The position numbers and the translations under genes were made by a program. 55,454 bases of DNA from Asterionella formosa (taxonomy: Eukaryota), in contig NKIB01013563.1 of NCBI GenBank assembly GCA_002256025.1, positions 1-55,454 of the forward strand, in the 5' to 3' direction. Under the pieces are notes generated by a model. The model saw only the letters and a program-made list of their open reading frames with translations. It made no database searches and was not told the DNA's origin. The stretch's first letter is position 1. Each line of letters starts with the position of its first letter. Below are positions 38,153 through 49,589 of the stretch, one piece after another.

Positions 38153-38248
38153 CCAGCAAGTTGCGGTAATTTTGCTGAAACAAAAGAATTAGCTGTTTTT
38201 ATCCCAGATTAAAATGTTTGTTAAAGCAAAATGACCGCAACTTGCAGG
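38153..38248. mobile_element. 96-bp MITE, copy B
   Basis: TA|CCAGCAAGTTGCGGTAATTTTGC...GCAAAATGACCGCAACTTGCAGG|TA; near-perfect ~23-bp TIR. Confidence 0.85.
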
Positions 38249-38452
38249 TATTATAAGCGTCGGTGACAGATTAATTCATATATGCTATTATTTTATCATA
38301 CATGTACCTGTAGTCTATTTACGTTCATCTGGGTGACTCATTGCCAATGTGGTATGTGAAAATCATGTGATGCATATATCATATGTATGGCAGACGTCTG
38401 TTCAACTTCCTTTATTTCACTATAAAAGGCGTTTCTAAAGCGTATTATTACG

Positions 38453-39766
38453 ATGAGGAGGTGTGTCGTTCCTGTCTCTACTGCTGCTTGGCATTTCGCT
38501 TCCTCACCAAGAGGCTTTGGCATCTGCGTGGCAAGGATAGCGAGCAAAACTTCAGAATTCAGCTGCCAACTTTATGGCTTCCACCGTCGTCAATTTTCTT
38601 CAATCACACCGTCGCTAACGAAAGGAGAGGAGTGTTACCAAAAAGCATTGGAGGCGCTAAAACAAGCTGATAAGCAAAAGCACGAAAAGGAAGAGCAGAA
38701 ATCGTTGCAGCAGTATGAAGCCTGGGAACGCTCTCAGCATCGGAATCCAGTCAGTGGTGGCGTTGCTGTAATTAAAACTATTGCGAAACAGACCAGGCGA
38801 GATAAAAAGGAAGACGAACAGAAACATAGCAAATGGACTGATCAAGCACAGCTGTTGCTTCAGGAGGCTGCTTTTCAACATAAGCACCCGAAGTCTCTCG
38901 TAATTCTTGGAAACGACGCACTGGAAAAAGCAAAAAAAGAGAAGAATCAAGATTTGGTGCAGGAAAAAGTCAGGGAAGCCTTGGAATACTTCAGGATGGC
39001 TGGTGAACTGGATTCTGCGGACGGTTGGTTCAATCTAGGGCAACTTTTATGGACAGGATATCCTGACCAAGATAGAAGTGAGCCTTCTGGTGATGATATC
39101 GTCCTTCGGCAAGATAAAATAGAAGCCAGGAACAGCTTTGTAAAGGCAATGGAGCTTGGCGACAGAGATGCAATGTATTTAGTTGGAGTCAACGACTTAT
39201 CTGACGAGCAAGGAGACTGCGAATCTTTGGATTCTGCGAAATCTCGACTTCAGGCAGGTTTGAATTTCATTGAAATGGCCGCGGATTCTGGTCATCCTGG
39301 TGCTCTTTACTACCTTGCATTGTTTCATTACAATGGCAACACAACCTTGAATATCACAGCATGTTCCTCTGCAGAATTTTGCAAGAGATTGGATGCAGCC
39401 GCCGATGCAGGCGACCCTGATGCATTGTTCCTCCGAGGGCATGGCTTATTTCACGGTGAAGACGGGAGAGACAAGGATTATCAGAAGGCTCTTCGGGACT
39501 TTATTCAAGCCGCTGAAGCAAAACATGCTGATGCTGCAGTCTCCGCAGGTGCCATGCTTCATCAGGGAACAGGGGGAGTGGTGCAAGATCAACGGGCTGC
39601 GTTTGAGCTCTATCAGATAGCTGCAGAATTGGGGAGCTTGGACGGTTGGCGCAATGTTGTGGCATGTTATGCACTTGGTGAAGGAGTTCCCCAATGTCAG
39701 CAAACAGCAGAGTACATCAAAAAGACTATGCTGCAAGATGATGATCAAATTCCGAGTTCCCGTTAA
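38453..39766 (+). CDS. Sel1-repeat protein, possible mitochondrial presequence
   Basis: Repeats such as ADGWFNLGQLLWTG, PGALYYLALFHYNG, ADAAVSAGAMLHQG...QDQRAAFELYQIAAELG and YALGEGVPQ; R/S-rich N-terminus. Confidence 0.88.
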   Translation: MRRCVVPVSTAAWHFASSPRGFGICVARIASKTSEFSCQLYGFHRRQFSSITPSLTKGEECYQKALEALKQADKQKHEKEEQKSLQQYEAWERSQHRNPVSGGVAVIKTIAKQTRRDKKEDEQKHSKWTDQAQLLLQEAAFQHKHPKSLVILGNDALEKAKKEKNQDLVQEKVREALEYFRMAGELDSADGWFNLGQLLWTGYPDQDRSEPSGDDIVLRQDKIEARNSFVKAMELGDRDAMYLVGVNDLSDEQGDCESLDSAKSRLQAGLNFIEMAADSGHPGALYYLALFHYNGNTTLNITACSSAEFCKRLDAAADAGDPDALFLRGHGLFHGEDGRDKDYQKALRDFIQAAEAKHADAAVSAGAMLHQGTGGVVQDQRAAFELYQIAAELGSLDGWRNVVACYALGEGVPQCQQTAEYIKKTMLQDDDQIPSSR

Positions 39767-40069
39767 TGTGCCACCAGCTTGAAGGGTACATAAAGTAATC
39801 CACTTGCTTGCATAAGAAATGTTATTAGTGTAGTTTTCGACTCATTTGGGCAAGAGCATATTACCCAGTCCAACGACAACAACTTCACTCATCTCTTCCT
39901 CTTATATACTTACTGGTACCGATAGCCTCGTCTACACAGCATATGCATGCATGCTGCAACTTACTGCAAAATTGGTCAATCAATTCCAATGAGGCCAGTG
40001 CAAAAGCAAGCAAACATATCTATTAATTTTCTACTGGTATGTGATTTCCTGTGACATGTGTATTCACTG

Positions 40070-40510
40070 ATGGCGTTTTGGTGATGTTTTTATGTTGGTT
40101 CTTATCTGGAAGTTCAAAGGTAATGGAACCTGATGCAGGTGTGGAATTGATGATTGATGCAGTTGCTACTAAGTACAATGTTATTGATTCTACAATCATC
40201 TGTGATGATGATTTGACCTATTCTAGCTTTTTCGGAGGAATGGTCCTCTAAAGAATCATCCAATCTACAGCCAGAGTATCAATGGCCAAGAACATTGAAA
40301 GGGAAAAACCGAGAAAGGATACATTTATCCAAATGTTCCAGAACCAACATTTCTTTCCGATCTATCTCACAGGGTCCGCATCCTTCTCTGCACTACTTCC
40401 TAAATCTAGTGGCCCAGTCCGTTCAAAATACCGCACTTCAAAATCAGATTTTCTCCAACTGAAGATTTATTACGGTGCCTTGATCAAGAAAAATCGGTCT
40501 CTCACTAGCG
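40070..40510 (+). pseudogene. Mutator-like transposase remnant
   Basis: GSSKVMEPDAGVEL...IICDDD, followed in shifted frames by PEPTFLSDLSHRVR and LKIYYGALIKKNR, resembling MULE transposase core motifs. Confidence 0.55.
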
Positions 40511-42384
40511 GTTGATAGGTTTCCTGTGATCCATTTGTCGTCCACAATGTCTAGAAATTTGCTGACTACGACTAGAATTTGCTGATTTCGACTAGTAGTT
40601 ACCGAGCGACTTGTTACTCTATAGCCAAACCGCCTTCCAGTTCCTGAATACTCTCACCAGTAGAAGCAGTTGAACACGATTACACTATTTCGATGATCAG
40701 AAGATGACTTGGAAGTTCCACCCTAAAATAGCTAGTTCCTGCCGAATTGAATTCCAGTATAATTGTATTTAAAATAATTATGCCACGAATGAAAGATAAT
40801 CGTTGTCCGAGCTAGCCAGCTTTTTTATTTAAATACTAGGTTAGCAGGCGTGAATATCCACCATGTCCAAATCGTCATTTCGGCTACTTTACCACAACTT
40901 GCAGGTCCTTGCGTTTGAAAATGTATGAGCGTGAGTACATCATACATAAGTATAGAGTCATGTGCGTGCGACTCTTATGTATGATTATCGATCAATGTAC
41001 CGGTATTCAAGGATAGGGGGTACCAGTAGTCTACATGTACACATCATATATGGTAGGCAAAGCTCCAAGCCAACAGCTCCCAGTATAGTGCCAGTACAGG
41101 AAATAACACGGTGCAAGAATGGAGGACTTTTTTATATACACACAAAGCATCTGATGTTACTCATCTAATCAACATCACTAAAAATACGACAGTTCTCCTA
41201 CCATGGTACAACCAGTTGACTCCAATGAGTTCCTCTGTGCTTCAAAGCCCAGCAGGTGAATTGTTACTGAATGACCTATTGTCCTGGCTGTCGATACAGG
41301 ATCCATGTTATTTGTGGCGACCTTCATGAAGATGCGTCAATACAAGCAATTCAAGACAGCATGTTTCATTTGATTCGAAAAATTCGGAAGTCCCCTGAAG
41401 GACCCTGATGATATAGCTGTGTTCCTTTCAAACAATATGATACTACGTGTCCTCCCAGAGGAACAAAGCACAAAAGGGGATGAACATCAACATCAGACAA
41501 CAGGAGAAAGAAGCAACAATGATGGTGATGACATGATAGACATAGCTGTAAATGAAAATGATAATGTCTACATAATGGAGACAGATGATAAAGGTTGTTG
41601 AATTCTTTTTATAGTGCATATGCGAGATGAGAGGAATAAAATTGGTCCATTAAAGTTTTTAGACAATTTCGATTTAGTTTTTTGACTGTCACAAGGGAGA
41701 ATGCTGATGCCAATGGTGAGGACCAACTCGTTGTCTGGAAAGGATGCATATGAGGGGTCAAGTATTTAGATGAATTCAGGAAGATAATGAAAAGATTGAA
41801 AGGCAGAGCAAAAAATCAAGGTTTCCTGCAACCTCCAATTACAAGAAAAAATGTCCTTGTTGCTCTTGAGCAATGCCAGGACTGTCTTGGCTTTTCACCT
41901 GAGACTGTTCAAGGGGAGGAAACGACATATTGCAAGTCTGAAGTGGAACACTGCTATAAGACAAAAAAGCCTGAAGAGAGAAATGTTGTAAGCAGTTGTG
42001 ATACTAGTGCTGGAAATTGTATTCCATACATTGATTGGGGTGATCCAATGGTTATTGCCATTTTGCAAAGTGGTGAAGCATCAGCAACCTTGCAAGAAAT
42101 CTAAATGTTCGTTCACTTTCTATCTATATTAAACAATAATCATATACTAGTACATTTGCAGATACGTCATCACTAGATTGGTGCTCCACCCTGCTATATA
42201 TCATTCAGTCAGATACTAGGAGTAATGCTCTGGTTATCTTTGACCATATCACCATTGCTTTGTACATTTCTGTTAATACAATACCAGTGTAGTCTTTTTA
42301 ATTGTGTGCTAGCTATACTATGAGTATTAGTCAATTACTATATTTATTGCAATACCTCGTGGTCTAAGTATTGATGGTACTGTA

Positions 42385-42480
42385 CCTGCAAGTTGCCGTA
42401 ATTGTGTTGAAGTTAAATAATTAGCTCTCTTTATCCGATCTTAAATTGTTTATTTTAGCTAAATGACTGCAACGTGCTGG
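42385..42480. mobile_element. 96-bp MITE, copy C
   Basis: TA|CCTGCAAGTTGCCGTAATT...AAATGACTGCAACGTGCTGG|TA. Confidence 0.8.
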
Positions 42481-42850
42481 TACCGTACCATGTACAAAGT
42501 ACTCCTTACCTGATACCTGTAGTGCTAAATGCTGAGTCATGGTGTTATAGACATACAATGTGCTGTATACCCGGTATGTTTTATGTACGACGTATTCGAA
42601 ATTATCTGCAGTGGATTTACTTAATAGAGATTAAAACATAAACTGGTATTTCAAATTTGTGGGAAAAATCGTCCGCATCTTTCCGTCCAGTTGAGGCTCC
42701 TGTTGATGTCGACAGATGTCCGAAGTCTACATGTACTGTACATGGTTTGAGGAGTGTCTGAATGGAAACTGATGGTATTCTTATATAGCAAAATATTTGC
42801 AAACAAGCGGAATGCGAAGGATTTTGAGCATTCATTCCATGCCAGCAGTA

Positions 42851-42946
42851 CTTGCAAGTTGCGGTCATTTCGCTTAAATAGACAATTTAATATCGGATAA
42901 AGATAGCTAAATATTTAACTTCAACACAATTACCGCAACTTGCTGG
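42851..42946. mobile_element. 96-bp MITE, copy D (inverted relative to copy C)
   Basis: TA|CTTGCAAGTTGCGGTCATTT...AATTACCGCAACTTGCTGG|TA; its reverse complement matches copy C closely. Confidence 0.82.
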
Positions 42947-43358
42947 TACCGCATCATGCTTTTAATACGTTGCGTGTTTACATGTGACATGCGAGTATAC
43001 AACTGTGGATAATCATGATACATTCATTTTACATACTCGTATGTACCGTCGCAACCGGTGGGCGATTTAACCAACTTTATTTTTCACTCACCAAACAATC
43101 AGCTATACTGTGCGTAAAATAATAGGCAGACATTTATTTAGGCCTGTGTATAAATGTCTGCACTCGTCCTGAATCCATTCGGTATCAGGTAATAGTATTC
43201 CTTGCTGACGAAGCTTACTCGTGACCTCATAAGCACCATTCAGCTTCGAGACCCTGAAGCAGCACCACAAAGTAACACAGTATTCCTCTCCTTTGCTTGA
43301 GTAGGATTCAATCTCACCTTTGTCCGTGTCGAAATCGCGGACACTAACTGCAAATCGA

Positions 43359-46300
43359 ATGAAATCATCGTCTCGTGACCGCCTCTGCACTTTCGCCGCA
43401 ACAGATTCACCACAGCATTCTCGGCAGTCACTTCAAAACATTGTTTCTGATAATTTTATTGGTTCTAACGGATCTTATGAATCAGCACTGCTCGAAGATA
43501 ATTTCTGCGGTGCTGAGAGTGATGTGGATTTAAGCAATGGCACCACTGGTAGGGTCAATGACGATGGTGGCACGAGAAGCTCGCAGGTTTCTCCTGGGTG
43601 CAGCTTTACTAGTGATAGCTTTCAAGTCCCAAATCACAACGAGGAATCGGAAAAAATTCAGCTAAGTCCCTTGGAGAAACTCGCTGATTTCAAAGAAGGA
43701 AAAGACAATGACAGAACATCAACATCATTAAAACACTATCCCATCAGTGGTCAAACCAGTGGATCTACTGGAAATCGTGCGCTATCCACTAGTGTCGCGA
43801 AAAGTCGGGTATTTCAAGCAAAATCAAAGCTTCCATTATTGGATGATGATGTTGTAATGATGCCAGGCGCAGCCTCTGAGTTATTTAGGTCGATAACGAG
43901 TGGAGGCCCTCCTACTCCAACGGCACCGGGATTGTTCCACCGCAAGACATTGAATTCTATTTCGGCGATATCGAAGGGAAATTCCTTGGAGGTAGATGAT
44001 TTGTCGGTACCTGTAGGGCTTGTCATTGGTCGACAGCGACATCAGCCGCTCCTATTGCAGCGAGATCAACTGACTGATAGTCTGGCTTGGTTTTCCTCGC
44101 ATGTACCAAGATGTGTCATGCAAGATCTCGCATCGAATGAGTTATTAAGACTTACATTCGCTTCGGACGAAAAGAATTTTGGAGAAGAACTAGACATACC
44201 GGTTGAACGACCACACAAAATCAAAACCAAAACGAAAAATTTATTGGATGGGCACCTTGGAGACGACGAAATTGACCGCGAGCCATCGACTCAGGACGAT
44301 AGAAATTTAGAATTATCAGACTTGATTGATGATGATAGCTATGATCATTTAATGCTGACGACATGCAGATCGAGCGCGATCAAGATGAACGATGATAATA
44401 ACGTTGGAGGGCATAAACATTTCCACAAAATGAAAAAGGCCACATTGAAGAAGCCAAATTTATTAGACGATGACAGCGGACATGAAGCTTACTACAAACA
44501 GTTGAGTTCACCTCATGGAAATATAGTGAATGAAAAACATTTGGAAGCTGAAAAATCAAAGGGAAGCATGTGGAAAGACATCAACGAAAGCGAAGGCGAA
44601 TCCAAAGAGTTGAGGCCAACGTTATTGGAAGGTGACAGCGAAGCAGAAGGTGATATGACAAAACCGAAATCAGGTTGTTTGATCAAGTTGACTAAAATAA
44701 AGGTGATGGAAAATAATAATGGACTCGCCGCCGAACTCATTGCGCGGAGATTCAATACACAAAACATCAATAACGATGACTTTGCAGATGATGGGGAACT
44801 GACAGGTCGCAGATCGTATCAGAGTGATCTGATGAAACCAAGCAAAATGGACGACCAAAGTAACTGTAGTTTCAGCTCATTATCCGACGAAGAAATCAAG
44901 GCCGTTAAGTTGAAAGATTTCGAGGATGGAAGGTTGTCCAGAATTGCTGCTGACATTGTTTCGTCTGTCAATATGCCAAAAAATATGCTTCCCCTTCCGT
45001 ATACAGTAAAACGAGATTGTGCTCTCCTTTTCGTCGACATCACTGGATTTACCAAGTTGTCCACCATCTTGGATGTAGAAGATCTTTCAAAAGTCATAAA
45101 TGCCTATTTTCGGATGATTGTGGATGAAGTAGTTAAATATGGAGGTGACATCTTGAAATTCGCGGGCGACGCCTTTTTCGCGGAATGGAGAGTGACATCA
45201 AAGAGGAATGATAATGTCCCGGATGATACTGCGCAACGCGAAAGAATGCTTCGCGATCACCCATTATCTCGTTTCCGACAATCGTTCGATCCTACTTTTG
45301 ATGGCAAAATCAACCCAGAAATGGAAAATCGGAGTCTTACTGAATGCGTCTTCTTCGCTTCCATGTGTGCTGCGTCGATTGTTGAGAAATACAGTGATTT
45401 TAATGTTCCACAAGCGCGAGATTTATCCATTTCCTTTGGAAAAGATCAGCAGTGCGATGCCATGTTAAATGTTCACTGTGGCGTCGGAGTGGGAGAATTA
45501 GTTGGTCTTCATGTTGGAGATTACACAGAGAGTTCAGTGAATCAGCTGACAGAAAATAGACGAGAGTACCTTTTTCTTGGAAACCCTATTGATCAAGTTT
45601 CTAAGGCTGCCGACGTCGCGGTAGGCGGACAAGTCTTGGCTTCGCCTGAAGCAATGCGCTATTTGAATGAAACCTGCGAAGTCCCCGGCGATATGTTGCA
45701 TGCAACTGAGCCTGTTCTGATAGCTTCTCGCCATCAAAAATTCATTGTTCCGAAATTGAGCTCCACACCCTCCGCAACATTAGTGTCCTCCGAAACCAGT
45801 CAACTGTCGGGGTATGCTTCGCTGATTGGTCATTGTAAAGCTTTGGATCAACTTACGCTTAGTAGGCTCCATCGTCAATTGATCCTCTATGTCCATCCAG
45901 TTGTGAGGGGCGATGACATAGCAGTCAATAATGCCCGGTCAGCAGATGCATCCCAAAATCGACACAGAGCAGAAGCTGAATTGCGAGCTGTCTATACAAT
46001 GTTTGTCAAGGCCATCATGTCACCCACTGTTACTGGAATACACGAAGAAGACAAGGAGCTCTACACAACGCTACAGAGTATAATGCAAGTTACATGTCGA
46101 GAGCTCGACAAGTACAGAGGACATTTGCGGCAATTCATTGTTGATGATAAAGGTGTTGTACTTATCGCGACTTTTGGATTGAGAGGATCTACTTTTGCAA
46201 ACATGGTTGCCGATTTCGCACTTCCTGCAACGTTTGCGCTGCATGCTGCATTGAAATCAGAACTTAATATAGAGAATAGGATAGGCGCTACTATTGGCAA

Positions 46301-49300
46301 GGTATACTGTGGAGTCGTTGGAGGGATCCGACGGCACGAGTTTGCGGTGATGGGTGCTGGAGTTAACTTGGCGGCTCGGCTAATGTACTCGCCGAAGAAC
46401 AATGGCATTTTGGTTGACGAATCCGTACAAGCTCATGCAAACACAAAGTTTGCATTTAAGAGTTTGCCACCAGTCGAAGCAAAAGGATATGACCATCCCG
46501 TGATCATTTTCGAGCCCTTACATGCTGTCCCACACAAGAAACGAGGAAATTCGCATGATCATATTGGTCGACGAAGAGATGTAGACGAGCTTACAGGGGT
46601 TGCGAAACGCATCATGGAAGAGAAATCGCCATCTCAAACTATAATGGCGTTCGTGATAGGTGAATCTGGCATGGGCAAAACTGCTTTAGGCAACTGTGTA
46701 TGCGACGAAGCGAAAAAGTATGCAAGAGAAGGTGGTAAGCGAGTCATTATTGCTAGGTCAACAAGCACGGAAACAGAGCAGCGCATCCCACTTAGTTCCT
46801 TCAAGAAAATATTCCTTAGTGCAATCAAAGAACTCTGCCTCCATGACGGCACGCTTTCAATGCTTGAAGGCTCAGCATCAAAAATCGCTGTAGGATCCAA
46901 TGGTCGTGCATTTTTCCAGACATCTCGTCGTGGCTCCAATCGCATATCACCACGTAGGCGGATGTCTACTGGCCTGTCATTGGCGAGAGGGAGGCAGTCA
47001 ATTCGTCCTCTGCACCGGCTTGATGATTCGGGTTCGATGACGTCAATGCGATCACAAATCAACGGAAATGTACCCTATCTTCAGAAACTTTGTGATATTT
47101 GTGAAGAGTTGAAGTATCCTTACGCATACGCCGAAATTGTTGGGTCGCAATTACTTGGATTGGAGGGTGTCATCCCTCCAACCCATGTCGAAGGTCACGT
47201 CCCAACAATCGACGAAGTAGTCGACTTTCTTACTACGACATACATACGCTTGACTGGCTTTTCTGATTTGATCATAATATTCTTAGACGATTTCCAGTGG
47301 ATCGATTCGTTGACTTGGAAGGTCATCAGGGTCTTGTGTCAAAGAGGCCAGAACATACTTTTGATGGGAGCAATGCGATCGCACGAGACACAATCCCTGC
47401 GACGAATGTCGTCTGTTGGGGCCTGGCATGGCGAAATGCAGTCACGAATCCTCGAGTTCCCTTTAGGCCCCTTAAATCTATCAGAAGTCAAAGAAGCAAT
47501 CTCGAAGGTGCTTGGATACAAAGAAAGCATGATTGATGACTCCTTTTGTTTGAATATTTACCAGAGGACAGGTGGACTACCAGTTTATGCCATTGATCTG
47601 CTTGAATGCATCAAACGTAAAAAAACTGTGGCAATCGACGAAGAGTCTGGTATGCTTCGATGGACTACAGGGGCCCAGAGCGAACAGGACCGAATCGGCT
47701 CCAATAGTGTTGCAATAGAGCTTTCCTTCCTTGAACGATTTGATGCACTTGATGTCACTGTTCGCAGAGTACTTCAGTCATGTGCTGTCCTCGGCATATC
47801 GTTTTTTCTTTCAGATGTCATTCGTGTCCATCCTGAACTCGAAGAAATTGTTATCGTACATTCTTTGAATTTTGCGGTAGACGAACTCATCTTGATCGAG
47901 GATGTTGAGGACGAGGAAGGGGAAGACATTTCACTTTGGACTGGCGAGGAATCCATGATGGATCACAGCAACGCGACATGGCACGCAGTGGACGAAAGAT
48001 TCTTCCAATTCAGTCATGCAATGTGGCGAAAAAGCGTGCTTGATGCAATGCTGAAGGAACAGAAAGTCCACCTGCATCGATTGATTGCCGAGGCGATAGA
48101 ATCAGAACAGGTACTAATTTTGGAAAGCAGCGACATAGGCCGATTGCTCACCCTTTTCGACAACTGGAAGTCTTGTGGAAATTTCTTGAAGGCTGCCCCA
48201 CTTGCTCTAGCAGTTGGGCTCCGTCTTGAAGAATGGGATCTTGCAGCACAAAGTTTGGACGTATACCGGGATGCACTGGAAATGTGCTACGAAAGTGCAG
48301 ACCGCGCTGATGACGAGGAAGAAATGCCAAGAACTGACAATGAATTGTGGCTTCATGCATCTGCGCCAACAAGTACACTTGATTTTATTCTTCGCCTGCA
48401 TATTCGGATTGCAACATGCCATGCACAACTGGGAGAACAAGAGCTGTGCGCAACAACATTCGAAGACGCTTATAAAATTATTTCGACTTCTACAGAGGTC
48501 ACGCGATTCAACAGCGAGCTACTCATTCCAATCATATCTGGTCTTTGCACTATTGCTGTTCAACATGGCAGCTTCGATAAGGAATCAGTAGCAGAACAAA
48601 AGGAGTTGGTTATTAAGTTCGTCGAAGAGTCAGAAAGACACGAGGATGTCTGCCACGTCTGCAGGGCACTTGCTGTTGAAGCAGATTTCCACGCAAGACT
48701 TGGTCAGTTTGATTGTGCGCTTCGTTCGACTGCAAGGCTCTTAAACGTGTATGACGTAGCAATACACTCGGCTGCGATTAGAGATGATTACGGCAAGGAT
48801 TATGCGGCAAAAGCATGCGCAAACAGCACTGAGTGGTTCATGTTAGTTGGCGATATTCAAGGAGCTTCTTCCAGGGCAGACTTCGTCATAACTTCACTCC
48901 TTCCTAATTTCGATCCAACAGAAATCGACACCATCATGGAACTCGCGTTTCCTGTCCTCATGGTGTTGAACGCACTTGGACGATCAGCTGTTGCGGAAGC
49001 TGCCTTGTTCAATAATATCATCAACCCATTTCACGATTTCGGCGGCTCTAATTCCTTCTGGCTTCAATTCTTCAATCCTTTTGCATACCTAATGGAAGTT
49101 ATCAAAATAGGAGAAACGGGTATGTACGATTTGGAAATGCTGTCCGAAATTGAACAATGGGCAGTCAACGGAGAGAACAGTATTTTTGCTCCTGAGCTTC
49201 AAAGAAGAGGCAATAGGATTGTTGGTGAAATTTGTTGCAGACTATCCAAACAGAAGCTTGATCGCGGTGAAAATGCTGATGCTTTGTTGGAGCGAGGCCG

Positions 49301-49589
49301 CATGTTGCTGGCACGGGTTGCATTTGTGCGTGAAGTGGACCAATCGGATTTATTTTTGATTCAAGAAGCCCGTAAAATGTATGACTGTATGGAGGAGGAC
49401 ACCGACGGGGAAGCAAGCGAAATCCATCAAAATGAAAGAAATATGTTCGATATGGAATGCAATGTGGGCACATTGCCTGAGAATTTTGTCAATTCGTCTA
49501 CACCTGAATTGAGCAGCCACGGTGTCGCCAGTTCGTCGGATCAACCCCATCTCAATGAACCCAATTGCTGCTCTTGCACTGTAATGTGA
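43359..49589 (+). CDS. Soluble adenylyl cyclase (ADCY10/sAC)-like protein: two class III cyclase domains, P-loop/STAND ATPase, helical region, C-terminal CaaX
   Basis: C1 motifs LLFVDITGFT and ILKFAGDA; C2 motifs QFIVDDKG, YCGVVGGIRRHEF and VNLAARLM; Walker A GESGMGKT; IFLDDFQWID; TGGLP; FQFSH. Single uninterrupted ORF. Confidence 0.93.
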   Translation: MKSSSRDRLCTFAATDSPQHSRQSLQNIVSDNFIGSNGSYESALLEDNFCGAESDVDLSNGTTGRVNDDGGTRSSQVSPGCSFTSDSFQVPNHNEESEKIQLSPLEKLADFKEGKDNDRTSTSLKHYPISGQTSGSTGNRALSTSVAKSRVFQAKSKLPLLDDDVVMMPGAASELFRSITSGGPPTPTAPGLFHRKTLNSISAISKGNSLEVDDLSVPVGLVIGRQRHQPLLLQRDQLTDSLAWFSSHVPRCVMQDLASNELLRLTFASDEKNFGEELDIPVERPHKIKTKTKNLLDGHLGDDEIDREPSTQDDRNLELSDLIDDDSYDHLMLTTCRSSAIKMNDDNNVGGHKHFHKMKKATLKKPNLLDDDSGHEAYYKQLSSPHGNIVNEKHLEAEKSKGSMWKDINESEGESKELRPTLLEGDSEAEGDMTKPKSGCLIKLTKIKVMENNNGLAAELIARRFNTQNINNDDFADDGELTGRRSYQSDLMKPSKMDDQSNCSFSSLSDEEIKAVKLKDFEDGRLSRIAADIVSSVNMPKNMLPLPYTVKRDCALLFVDITGFTKLSTILDVEDLSKVINAYFRMIVDEVVKYGGDILKFAGDAFFAEWRVTSKRNDNVPDDTAQRERMLRDHPLSRFRQSFDPTFDGKINPEMENRSLTECVFFASMCAASIVEKYSDFNVPQARDLSISFGKDQQCDAMLNVHCGVGVGELVGLHVGDYTESSVNQLTENRREYLFLGNPIDQVSKAADVAVGGQVLASPEAMRYLNETCEVPGDMLHATEPVLIASRHQKFIVPKLSSTPSATLVSSETSQLSGYASLIGHCKALDQLTLSRLHRQLILYVHPVVRGDDIAVNNARSADASQNRHRAEAELRAVYTMFVKAIMSPTVTGIHEEDKELYTTLQSIMQVTCRELDKYRGHLRQFIVDDKGVVLIATFGLRGSTFANMVADFALPATFALHAALKSELNIENRIGATIGKVYCGVVGGIRRHEFAVMGAGVNLAARLMYSPKNNGILVDESVQAHANTKFAFKSLPPVEAKGYDHPVIIFEPLHAVPHKKRGNSHDHIGRRRDVDELTGVAKRIMEEKSPSQTIMAFVIGESGMGKTALGNCVCDEAKKYAREGGKRVIIARSTSTETEQRIPLSSFKKIFLSAIKELCLHDGTLSMLEGSASKIAVGSNGRAFFQTSRRGSNRISPRRRMSTGLSLARGRQSIRPLHRLDDSGSMTSMRSQINGNVPYLQKLCDICEELKYPYAYAEIVGSQLLGLEGVIPPTHVEGHVPTIDEVVDFLTTTYIRLTGFSDLIIIFLDDFQWIDSLTWKVIRVLCQRGQNILLMGAMRSHETQSLRRMSSVGAWHGEMQSRILEFPLGPLNLSEVKEAISKVLGYKESMIDDSFCLNIYQRTGGLPVYAIDLLECIKRKKTVAIDEESGMLRWTTGAQSEQDRIGSNSVAIELSFLERFDALDVTVRRVLQSCAVLGISFFLSDVIRVHPELEEIVIVHSLNFAVDELILIEDVEDEEGEDISLWTGEESMMDHSNATWHAVDERFFQFSHAMWRKSVLDAMLKEQKVHLHRLIAEAIESEQVLILESSDIGRLLTLFDNWKSCGNFLKAAPLALAVGLRLEEWDLAAQSLDVYRDALEMCYESADRADDEEEMPRTDNELWLHASAPTSTLDFILRLHIRIATCHAQLGEQELCATTFEDAYKIISTSTEVTRFNSELLIPIISGLCTIAVQHGSFDKESVAEQKELVIKFVEESERHEDVCHVCRALAVEADFHARLGQFDCALRSTARLLNVYDVAIHSAAIRDDYGKDYAAKACANSTEWFMLVGDIQGASSRADFVITSLLPNFDPTEIDTIMELAFPVLMVLNALGRSAVAEAALFNNIINPFHDFGGSNSFWLQFFNPFAYLMEVIKIGETGMYDLEMLSEIEQWAVNGENSIFAPELQRRGNRIVGEICCRLSKQKLDRGENADALLERGRMLLARVAFVREVDQSDLFLIQEARKMYDCMEEDTDGEASEIHQNERNMFDMECNVGTLPENFVNSSTPELSSHGVASSSDQPHLNEPNCCSCTVM

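Noticed and set aside
41200..42104. Fragmentary plus-strand ORFs
   Set aside because: No identifiable domain or consistent splice model.
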